This document shows positions 1 through 7,258 of a DNA stretch of 11,012 nucleotides, in pieces (the stretch's first letter is position 1; each line of letters starts with the position of its first letter). The translations under genes were made by a program, and so were the position numbers. The stretch covers positions 1 to 11,012 of the forward strand of contig JANNXQ010000160.1 in the NCBI GenBank assembly GCA_031409655.1. The letters run 5' to 3'. Source of the DNA: Chthoniobacteraceae bacterium. Lineage in GTDB: Bacteria > Verrucomicrobiota > Verrucomicrobiia > Chthoniobacterales > Chthoniobacteraceae. The notes below the pieces were generated by a model that had not been told where the DNA came from, did no database searches, and saw nothing but the letters and a program-made list of their open reading frames with translations.

Positions 1-50
1 CGCTTGGAGGCGGACTTTTTCGTCTTGCGACGTGCGATGGATCGAGGCAT
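1..50 (-). CDS. Probable 5' end of a gene running off the left edge (MPRSIARRKTKKSASK...), product unknown
   Basis: ATG at 50-48 with an open frame to the window edge. The N-terminus is basic and lies 9 nt downstream of a -10-like hexamer. Only 16 full codons are visible. Confidence 0.5.
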   Translation of the reverse strand, partial: MPRSIARRKTKKSASK

Positions 51-59
51 GTACCGGGT

Positions 60-99
60 ATGGTAGCGGGCGAAGCGCCCTTGGCAATCTCTTTTTTCC
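60..99 (-). promoter_or_regulatory. Putative sigma70-type promoter TTGCCA-N16-TACCAT with an upstream A-rich tract
   Basis: The minus strand reads GGGGAAAAAAGAGA-TTGCCA(87-82)-16 nt-TACCAT(65-60)-9 nt-ATG(50). The -35 matches TTGACA at 5/6 and the -10 fits TAnnnT. An A-tract is unusual in this GC-rich DNA. Confidence 0.55.
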
Positions 100-167
100 C
101 CTATGCGACGCTGCTCAGCAAAGGGCGCCGAACAGCGGCGATTCCTTCATAGAACACACCCACAGCA

Positions 168-3100
168 CTACTTTACCGCCTCAATAAAACTCAAGAGATC
201 GGCCATGTCCTGAACGCTGAGGCCGGCTTCGAGGCCCTCCGGCATCAGGCTTTGGCCAGCGGAACTACTCCCTTTCACGCTCGCCCGCGGAATGTTGATC
301 TCTGCGCCGCCCATCATTTTCACGGTGAGACTGCTGGCGTCGTCTTGGGTGATCAGGCCCATGAGCGTTTGCCCCTCCTTGGTGTTCACCGTGTAGGCGA
401 TGAATTGCGAGGCCACTTCCTTGTGCGGCTCCACGATGGCGGTGAGCAACGCATCGCGCCCCTTCGCTTTGACGGTGATCAAGTCCGGCCCGACGGCGAC
501 ACCTTCCACTCCGGCGCGGTGGCAAGCCATGCAGCGGGAGCGAAAGTGCTCGAGGCCGCGCGCAACGTCGCCACTTGCGAGTAGGGCAGGTTGAAATTTG
601 GCGAGCACTTCAGCGCGTGGGGCCGGGATCACCGCCGCGAGGGCCGTCTTCGCGAGCGCGGAAATCTTCGGCGTCTTGTGCTGCACGAGCCCTTGCACCT
701 GCCCCGCGCTGAGTTGTCCGGGTTCGACCGAGCCCGCCTGGATCGCGCCGAGCAGCGCCAGCGCGCAGTCCTCGCGGGCCAGCAGGGCATCCAGCGACGT
801 TGCCCTCGCCTTCGCGCCGAGTTGCGGCCAGCGATCGAGGAAAATCTTCGGCACCTCCGACGAGGTGCGTTGGGCGAGCGTCTGAATCGCGGCGATCTGG
901 ATCGGCTCGGGGTCGGCTTTACCGAGACACGCGCGCAGGGCGTCGATCGCCTGTCCTTCCGGAGCGAGACTCAGGAGTTCGATCGCCTCCAGGCGCTTGG
1001 CAGCGGGCGCATCCGCGGTACTGGCCGTCTTGCTGGCGGCGGTGAAAAGCGCGGCCAGCTTCTGCCTGACATCCACTTTCTCGATCGTCGTGCCCCGTCG
1101 CCGCAGCCCGTCACCGAACGCCCGGACCCAGACGGGATTCGGAGCACGCTGCGTCAGAAAGTCGATCAGTGCGGCTGCATCGGAAGGTTTCGCCGCCGCG
1201 CGGATCTCGATGAGCTTCGCGAGAAATGCGCCCGCCTGTTCCGCGATGGCGGCATCGCTCGTGAGCGGAATGAAGAAGGTGTCCGCCACCAATTCCGGCG
1301 GCCCGCCCAAGAGCGCTGCGGAAATCCACGGATCGGCAAAGTCTCGCCGCGCGAGTTGGAGGAGCGCAGGGGTAAATCGGGCGACCGCGTCACCGGATGT
1401 TGCCGCCGCAAGCACCGTCTCCAGCGTGAGCGCCAGCTGGAAGCGCACTCGGTCGTCACGGTCATTCGCGAGCGCCGCAAGTTGGACGCCAAGGGTTTTT
1501 GGGAGTGGCCCTTTGATCAACAACTTCTCCGCCAAAGCAATCCCGCGCTCACACACCCGCGGATCGTGATCGGAAAGCGCACTAAGAACCCCGTCCTCGC
1601 CGAGAGCGCCAAGTCCGTCGAGTGCGCTGAGGGCGTGCAGCTTGGCTAGCGGATCCGTCGTCTCTTTCACCAGCGCGGTGAGCAGCGGAATGGCCGCCAT
1701 GTCCTGCCGCTCATAGAGAAGGCGCGCGGCGGTGTCGCGGTGCCAGCCATTCGGATGACCGAGGGTATGCACTAACTCGGCCAACGGCATTTTGCCGAGC
1801 GCCGTCCCCTTCCGACGCTGCCAGGCGGTCTCCTCTGGCACGAGGCGATAGATGCGCCCGCGATCGTTCCCGCTATTTAGGTCGAGGTGCTTCTTGATCT
1901 CGTCCGGAATGCTCCACGGATGCTCAATGACTTCGCGATACATGTCGCAGATGTGCAGGCAGCCATCCGGCGCGTTGGCAAAGTTGACGACGCGCACCCA
2001 GGTATCCGTACTCGCGGCAAACTCGAAGCCCTGCTCGTCCTCGGGCCGCTTGCCGATGAGACTTACTCCGTCCGGATAGAGCTTCTTCCGATGCACCAAC
2101 TGGCCACCGGCGTCGCCACTGAAGGTATTATTGACAAAGTCCGTGCCATAAGCGTCCCCGCGAAAGACCGTGGTCCCCGTTGCGCCCGTAAAGTAACCAG
2201 ACACGCGTCCTCCACCTTCGACACTGCCTTTGACCACTCCGGCGATGCGCCAACGGGTGCGGATGATCCGCCAAGGCTCATCCGGACAAATCCGGAAGAC
2301 CTCAGCAGCCCCACCATCCGCCGCGATGCTCCGCCGTGACGCTGGCATGGTGAAGTAAGGATTCCGCCACGAGTATTTGTCGTCATAGACCCAGAAGTGA
2401 AGGTGATCTGAGTTGGAGCAGCCAAATTTCCGCCCATAGTTATCGAAACTCATCCCATACTGCGCGCCTCCGGCTTCGAGTCCGAACTCATGAGTGCGTG
2501 GGTCGAACCAAAAATCGCGGCCGCCCAGCTCCTGCGCCGGCAGTTCGGGCCGCTTCAAGCAGACGACCTTGCCACGGTTGCCGCCACCGGCGAGGACGTG
2601 AACGCGGTTATCCTGCCCCCACTGGAAGCTGTTCATGAGCCCCTGAACATTGAGCAGCTTCAGACCGGTGCCGAAGCCCGTGTAGATTTTCTCCCGCACC
2701 TCGGCACGACCGTCGCCGTTCCGATCTTCAAAGCGCCAGATGTCCGGCGTGGCACCCACATAGAGTCCGCCATTCGCCCAAATTAAACCCGTCGGCCAAG
2801 GCAGGTTATCGGCGAAGATTGTGCTCGTCTCGTAGTACCCATCGCCATCCTTGTCTTCGAGCATCGAGATCTGGCCAAGGTGCGGAGTCACATCCCGCAT
2901 CTCCGAGTAGTCATTCATCTCGCAGACAAACATCCGCCCATTCTCATCGAAGCAGATCGCAATCGGATCACGCACCTGGGGTTCGTGCGCCGCGAACTGG
3001 AGCTGATAGCCGGGCTTTACCTTCCAGGTCGCGATCGCTTCCCGCGGCTCGACTGCTGGGTAACGTGGGAGATCCTTAGCCGGATCCACCGCGACCTCAT

Positions 3101-3224
3101 TTTTTGTTCCACCATACTCCGCCTTGTAAGTCGATTGGGAAGAGATGGAGTCCTTAGCCGGCGTCTCGGCGGCGCGAAGATCAGGGAGCAGAGCCACCAG
3201 GAGACTTAGGAGGAGCGGTTTCAT
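168..3224 (-). CDS. PVC-type heme-binding CxxCH protein (putative membrane-bound dehydrogenase domain + HEAT-like repeats + C-terminal cytochrome c), 1018 aa
   Basis: Hydrophobic N-terminal signal peptide. Glucose/sorbosone-dehydrogenase-like propeller motifs (FAAHEPQVRDPIAICFDENGRMFVCEMNDY, EDKDGDG, APDGCLHICDMYREVIEHP, GRIYR). Ala/Leu-rich HEAT-like middle region. CMACH heme motif at 533-519, followed by VGPDL and the distal Met in SLMPEGL. Confidence 0.92.
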   Translation of the reverse strand: MKPLLLSLLVALLPDLRAAETPAKDSISSQSTYKAEYGGTKNEVAVDPAKDLPRYPAVEPREAIATWKVKPGYQLQFAAHEPQVRDPIAICFDENGRMFVCEMNDYSEMRDVTPHLGQISMLEDKDGDGYYETSTIFADNLPWPTGLIWANGGLYVGATPDIWRFEDRNGDGRAEVREKIYTGFGTGLKLLNVQGLMNSFQWGQDNRVHVLAGGGNRGKVVCLKRPELPAQELGGRDFWFDPRTHEFGLEAGGAQYGMSFDNYGRKFGCSNSDHLHFWVYDDKYSWRNPYFTMPASRRSIAADGGAAEVFRICPDEPWRIIRTRWRIAGVVKGSVEGGGRVSGYFTGATGTTVFRGDAYGTDFVNNTFSGDAGGQLVHRKKLYPDGVSLIGKRPEDEQGFEFAASTDTWVRVVNFANAPDGCLHICDMYREVIEHPWSIPDEIKKHLDLNSGNDRGRIYRLVPEETAWQRRKGTALGKMPLAELVHTLGHPNGWHRDTAARLLYERQDMAAIPLLTALVKETTDPLAKLHALSALDGLGALGEDGVLSALSDHDPRVCERGIALAEKLLIKGPLPKTLGVQLAALANDRDDRVRFQLALTLETVLAAATSGDAVARFTPALLQLARRDFADPWISAALLGGPPELVADTFFIPLTSDAAIAEQAGAFLAKLIEIRAAAKPSDAAALIDFLTQRAPNPVWVRAFGDGLRRRGTTIEKVDVRQKLAALFTAASKTASTADAPAAKRLEAIELLSLAPEGQAIDALRACLGKADPEPIQIAAIQTLAQRTSSEVPKIFLDRWPQLGAKARATSLDALLAREDCALALLGAIQAGSVEPGQLSAGQVQGLVQHKTPKISALAKTALAAVIPAPRAEVLAKFQPALLASGDVARGLEHFRSRCMACHRAGVEGVAVGPDLITVKAKGRDALLTAIVEPHKEVASQFIAYTVNTKEGQTLMGLITQDDASSLTVKMMGGAEINIPRASVKGSSSAGQSLMPEGLEAGLSVQDMADLLSFIEAVK

Positions 3225-3241
3225 CGAGAGGCGAGATTCCG

Positions 3242-4678
3242 CTAGGCCAGAAGCTTTTTTAAGAGCTCACCGTGGACATCGGTGAGACGGAAGTCGCGAC
3301 CTTGGAAGCGGAAGGTGAGCTTTTCGTGATTGAGGCCGAGGAGATGGAGGATGGTCGCATGGAGATCATGGACATGAGCGCGATCTTCCACCGCGTTGAA
3401 GCCGAGTTCGTCGGTCACGCCCACGGTCTGGCCAGGTTTCACGCCGCCGCCAGCGAACCACATGGTGAAGGCGTCGATATGATGATTGCGACCGGTGAAC
3501 TCACGGTTCTCACCCATCGGAGTGCGGCCAAACTCACCGCCCCAGATGACGAGGGTGTCATTGAGCAATCCCCGGGATTTCAAGTCGCGCACGAGCGCGG
3601 CGCAGCCCTGGTCGATCTCGGCGCAGCGTTGCGGAAAATCTTTTTCCAGGGTCTCGCCACTGCCTCCGTGGCTGTCCCAATTCGTGTGGTAAAGCTGCAC
3701 GAAACGGGTGCCACGCTCGACGAGACGGCGGGCAAGGAGGCAATTGCGAGCGAAGGATGGTTGCTTTGGATCAACCCCGTAAAGGTCGAGCGTCGCCGGA
3801 GATTCGCCGCTGATGTCGATGAGTTCCGGCGCGCTGGATTGCATGCGATAGGCCATTTCGTAGGCGTTGATCCGCGTCTGGATTTCGGCGTCTCCCGTCT
3901 CGACGAGTCGCGCGAGGTTCAAATCCCGGATCGCGTCGATGGCGGTGCGTTGCTCCTGCTGGGAAATGCCCGGCGGGGTCGTCAGGCTGAGGATCGGCTC
4001 GCCTTGCCCGCGCAGGGGCACCCCTTGATAAGTCGTGGGCAGAAAGCCGCTCCCCCAGTTCACGGAGCCACCACGCGGGCCTCGCGGGCCGCTTTGCAGG
4101 ACGACGAAGCCGGGTAAGTCCCGCGCCTCACTACCGAGGCCATAGGTGAGCCATGCTCCCATGCTGGGTCGGCCAAATTGGCCACCTCCGGTATTCATAA
4201 AGAGCTTGGCTGGGGCGTGGTTGAAAAGGCTCGTCGCGCAGGAAGTCACGATGCTCAGGTCATCCACGATCCCGGCAGTGTGGGGTAGCAGGTCACTCAC
4301 CCAGGCGCCGCTCTGGCCATGCTGCGCAAAGGCGCGGCGGCTGCCGAGCAGCTTCGAGCTGTGGCTGGTGTTCATGAAGGCGAACCGCTTGCCTTCAATG
4401 TAACTCTGCGGGATCGGCTCGCCGTTTAGCTCGGTGAGCTTGGGTTTGTAGTCGAAGAGATCGAGTTGCGACGGGCCGCCCGCCATGAAGAGGTAGATGA
4501 CGTTCTTCGCCCGGGGCGGAAAGTGGGGCTGCCGCGGAGCGAGCGGATCCGCAGATGAAGGTGCGGCGGCGAGCGGTTGATCGTCGAGCAGCGACGCAAG
4601 GGCGACGGACCCGAGGCCGAGAGAGCAGCGGCTGAAGAAGTGGCGGCGGGTAAGATCGTGGAGAGGGTGCGGGTTCAT
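3242..4678 (-). CDS. DUF1501 family protein with twin-arginine (Tat) signal, 478 aa
   Basis: N-terminal LTRRHFF followed by a hydrophobic stretch. DUF1501 hallmarks: AKNVIYLFMAGGPSQLDLFDYKP, GRPSMGAW, CLLARRLVERG.RFVQ, WDSH, WGGEFGRTP, GRNHH, DLHATILHLLG, RLTDVHG. Lies 4 nt downstream of a DUF1553 gene, the usual arrangement. Confidence 0.93.
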   Translation of the reverse strand: MNPHPLHDLTRRHFFSRCSLGLGSVALASLLDDQPLAAAPSSADPLAPRQPHFPPRAKNVIYLFMAGGPSQLDLFDYKPKLTELNGEPIPQSYIEGKRFAFMNTSHSSKLLGSRRAFAQHGQSGAWVSDLLPHTAGIVDDLSIVTSCATSLFNHAPAKLFMNTGGGQFGRPSMGAWLTYGLGSEARDLPGFVVLQSGPRGPRGGSVNWGSGFLPTTYQGVPLRGQGEPILSLTTPPGISQQEQRTAIDAIRDLNLARLVETGDAEIQTRINAYEMAYRMQSSAPELIDISGESPATLDLYGVDPKQPSFARNCLLARRLVERGTRFVQLYHTNWDSHGGSGETLEKDFPQRCAEIDQGCAALVRDLKSRGLLNDTLVIWGGEFGRTPMGENREFTGRNHHIDAFTMWFAGGGVKPGQTVGVTDELGFNAVEDRAHVHDLHATILHLLGLNHEKLTFRFQGRDFRLTDVHGELLKKLLA

Positions 4679-4682
4679 GGCG

Positions 4683-7055
4683 TCACTCGCGGGTGATGGT
4701 TTCGTCGAGGTTCAAAAGGACGCGGGCGGTGGTGAGTGGGTCGAGCCTGGCGAGACGCTCGATCTCGGCGGCGGAGGGCTGGCGGGCGACGCAGCGGCGA
4801 AACGCAGACTCCACACCTTCCTCCCGGACGATCTGCGCGAGTGCCTGGGCGAACTCGAAGAAGGCGGCATCGTTTAATAACGTCAGGGCTTGGAGTGGCG
4901 TGTTACTCCGCAGGCGGCGGGTGCAGGTGGTGAATGAATCGGGCGCGTCGAAGACGGTGAGCGCGGGATGCGGGCTGGCGCGGAAGAAGAAGGTATAAAG
5001 ACCGCGCCGGAAACGATCGCTACCGCTGCTGGTGGGCCAGGGACGCTTGACCTGACCGACGTTCATGGCGCCTTCAGGTTGCGGCGGATAGACGGGAGGA
5101 CCGCCGAGTTTCGGGTTGAGCAGGCCGGTGGCGGCGAGGCTCAGGTCGCGCACCGCTTCGGCGTCGATGCGCAGGCGGGTCTGATGGGAGAGGAGCCGAT
5201 TGGTCGGATCTTTCAGGGCAAGATCCGGGCGCGCCTTGGAACTGCGCTGGTAAGCAGCGCTCGTGACGATTGACCGATGCATCGCTTTTAGACTCCAGCC
5301 CTTTTCCATGAACTCCACGGCGAGCCAGTCGAGTAAGTCCTGGCTCAGGGGGGCGCTGCCTTGGGTGCCAAAGTCATTCTCCGTTTCCACGATACCCCGG
5401 CCGAAATACTGGAGCCACACGCGGTTCACAAGCACGCGGGCCGTCAGTGGATTGCGGCGATCCACCAGCCACTTTGCAAGGTCGAGACGGTTGGGTGCGG
5501 CGGGACTTCCGGAGAGTGGGTGCAAGATCGCGGGTGTCGCTGCGGTCACGACATCCGCCGGGCGGGTGAAGTCGCCTTTGATGAAGAGGCGGGTCTCACG
5601 CGGCTCCGGGAGGTCGCGCATGATCAGGGTGGTGAGTTTATTGGCGTCGGCCCGCTCGAGCTCGGTAAGTCGATCGTTGATCCCTTTGAACTCGGAATCG
5701 TTGAACGCCCATTGCGCGACGAGCGTGCGAAGTTGCGCGGTCTTCCGTTTCGCGGCAGGAACGGCGAGCGCCTTGGTGACCTCGGGCTTGAGTTTCTTTC
5801 TCACCTCGGGAGTCAGGGTCGCTTCCCACTGCGCGAGGGCTTCGAGTCGGGACGGTAAAAGTTCCGCCATTTTCTGCTCCAGAGATTTGCGCTCCGCGGC
5901 GAGGGCGGCTTGATTCTTTGTCTTATCGGGAATGACGACGGTGGAAGTCTTAGTGCCACCGTGACCGTCCTGCTCCTGGTTGTTGAAGAAGGCGAAGAGT
6001 TGGAAGTATTCCTTCTGCGAGAGCGGGTCGAATTTGTGGTTATGGCACTGGCAGCAGCCGACAGTAAGCCCGAGCCAGACGGAGCCGGTGGTGGCCACGC
6101 GATCGAAGACGGCTTCGATGCGAAACTGCTCGGGGTCGATGCCACCCTCGCCGTTGACCTGCGTGTTGCGATGGAAGCCGGTGGCGATGCGTTGGTCGGG
6201 GGTAGGCGTGGGGAGTAAGTCACCGGCGAGTTGTTCGATGGTGAATTGATCGAATGGGACGTCCGCATTGAGCGCGCGCACGACCCAATCGCGGTAGGGC
6301 CAGATGCTCCGCGGCGCATCGACGCTGTAACCGTTGCTATCGGCATAACGTGCTTGATCCAGCCACCACCGGCCCCAGCGCTCGCCGTAGTGCGGCGATT
6401 GCAGGAGGCGATCGACGACCTTCCGGTAAGCATCCGAACTTTGATCGGCGAGGAAGGCATCGACATCGGCGACGGATGGAGGAAGGCCAGTAAGATCGAG
6501 GGTCACGCGGCGGATGAGCGTTGCGGGCGCGGCGATCGGTGACGGCTGGATCTGCGCTTTTTCCAGGCCGGCCTGGATGAAGACGTCGATCGGGTGCGCG
6601 GCCTGGGTGGTGGGCAAAGCGGGGCGCTGCGGCGCGACGAAGGCCCAGTGGGTCCACTTGCTCGGCTCTTCCTGTTTTGGGACGGCGGCGCCTTCGTCGA
6701 TCCATTGCTTGATGAGCGCGACTTGCTCGGACGTGAGCGGATTGCGCTTGTACGGCATCTGCGGGATGTCGTCGTCCTTTCCGTGGAGGAGGCGGACGAG
6801 GAGGCTTTCCGCGCCTTTGCCGGGGACGATGCTTGCGCCACTGTCACCGCCTTTCCACGCCGCGGCCCCGGTTTCGAGGCGCAGGCCGCCCTTGGGTTCG
6901 GAGGCGCTGTGGCATTGCACACAGGCGGAGGCGAGGAGGGGTTTGATCTCCTGCGTGTAGTCCACGGCAGCGGCGCTGGAGGAAAGGAGCGGCGCGGAAA
7001 AAAGGGCTGAGGCCGCGAAAGCGGTGAGAAAGGGGGAGTCGGCGGGGAACGGCAT
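4683..7055 (-). CDS. Planctomycete cytochrome c (PSCyt1) + DUF1549 (PSCyt2) + DUF1553 (PSD1) protein, 790 aa with the start corrected to ATG 7055
   Basis: The signal peptide MPFPADSPFLTAFAASALFSAPLLSSSAAA leads directly into VDYTQEIKPLLASACVQCH (heme motif at 6923-6909). DUF1549 motifs: HWAF, LIRRVTLDLTGLPP, YGERWGRWWLDQARYADS, GCCQCHNHKFDP. DUF1553 motifs: NPLTARVLVNRVW, LLDWLAVEF, RSNTPLQALTLLND, LLNLDE. The 133 extra N-terminal codons in the ORF track overlap the upstream gene and the repeat. Confidence 0.92.
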   Translation of the reverse strand: MPFPADSPFLTAFAASALFSAPLLSSSAAAVDYTQEIKPLLASACVQCHSASEPKGGLRLETGAAAWKGGDSGASIVPGKGAESLLVRLLHGKDDDIPQMPYKRNPLTSEQVALIKQWIDEGAAVPKQEEPSKWTHWAFVAPQRPALPTTQAAHPIDVFIQAGLEKAQIQPSPIAAPATLIRRVTLDLTGLPPSVADVDAFLADQSSDAYRKVVDRLLQSPHYGERWGRWWLDQARYADSNGYSVDAPRSIWPYRDWVVRALNADVPFDQFTIEQLAGDLLPTPTPDQRIATGFHRNTQVNGEGGIDPEQFRIEAVFDRVATTGSVWLGLTVGCCQCHNHKFDPLSQKEYFQLFAFFNNQEQDGHGGTKTSTVVIPDKTKNQAALAAERKSLEQKMAELLPSRLEALAQWEATLTPEVRKKLKPEVTKALAVPAAKRKTAQLRTLVAQWAFNDSEFKGINDRLTELERADANKLTTLIMRDLPEPRETRLFIKGDFTRPADVVTAATPAILHPLSGSPAAPNRLDLAKWLVDRRNPLTARVLVNRVWLQYFGRGIVETENDFGTQGSAPLSQDLLDWLAVEFMEKGWSLKAMHRSIVTSAAYQRSSKARPDLALKDPTNRLLSHQTRLRIDAEAVRDLSLAATGLLNPKLGGPPVYPPQPEGAMNVGQVKRPWPTSSGSDRFRRGLYTFFFRASPHPALTVFDAPDSFTTCTRRLRSNTPLQALTLLNDAAFFEFAQALAQIVREEGVESAFRRCVARQPSAAEIERLARLDPLTTARVLLNLDETITRE

Positions 7056-7078
7056 GGGAACGCAGGCGTAAGGACTCG

Positions 7079-7106
7079 ATCCTATACACGCGGCGGGCTT
7101 AGGCAG
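7079..7106 (-). promoter_or_regulatory. Possible promoter for the cytochrome/DUF1501 block
   Basis: The minus strand has TAGGAT (7084-7079, TAnnnT-type -10) inside GTGTATAGGAT, 23 nt upstream of ATG 7055. Only a weak -35 (CTGCCT at 16-nt spacing) is present. Confidence 0.3.
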
Positions 7107-7130
7107 GAAGCCGGGTCGTGCGGGCGGGCT

Positions 7131-7258
7131 GCCTGGGAGCGCCGCCGTCTCGTGCGGCATCGTGGTGCTTGCGCGGAGCGCCTTACCTTGGAGGAAGGTG
7201 AAGTGTGGCGCTGCGCGCGTTGGTGGGTTGCCGCACAGGGACGGCGGCACTCCCAGGC
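7131..7258. repeat. REP doublet / REPIN-like palindromic element, copy 1 (128 bp)
   Basis: The left arm GCCTGGGAGCGCCGCCGTCTCGTGCGGCA (7131-7159) matches the reverse complement of 7229-7258 (GCCTGGGAGTGCCGCCGTCCCTGTGCGGCA) with 2 mismatches and 1 gap. Inner stems are 7171-7182/7207-7218 (11/12) and 7185-7189/7195-7199. Homologous to 10911-11001. Confidence 0.85.

Noticed and set aside
68..128. Possible intrinsic terminator after the 1018-aa gene (short inverted repeats at 68-80 and 75-84/119-128; T-run at 92-97)
   Set aside because: The T-run is on the plus strand, the wrong strand for these genes, and is separated from the stem. It fits better as the A-tract of the minus-strand promoter.
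6679..6691. 13-nt match to the REP arm (GGGACGGCGGCGC) inside the DUF1553 gene
   Set aside because: It is short and GC-rich, lacks the GGAG foot and a partner arm, and encodes the ordinary EGAAVP end of the cytochrome domain.
252..7010. Other plus-strand and alternate-frame ORFs (e.g. 591-1649, 3272-4117, 5263-5913, 5813-6466)
   Set aside because: They lie entirely within well-supported genes and are expected from stop-codon scarcity in GC-rich DNA.
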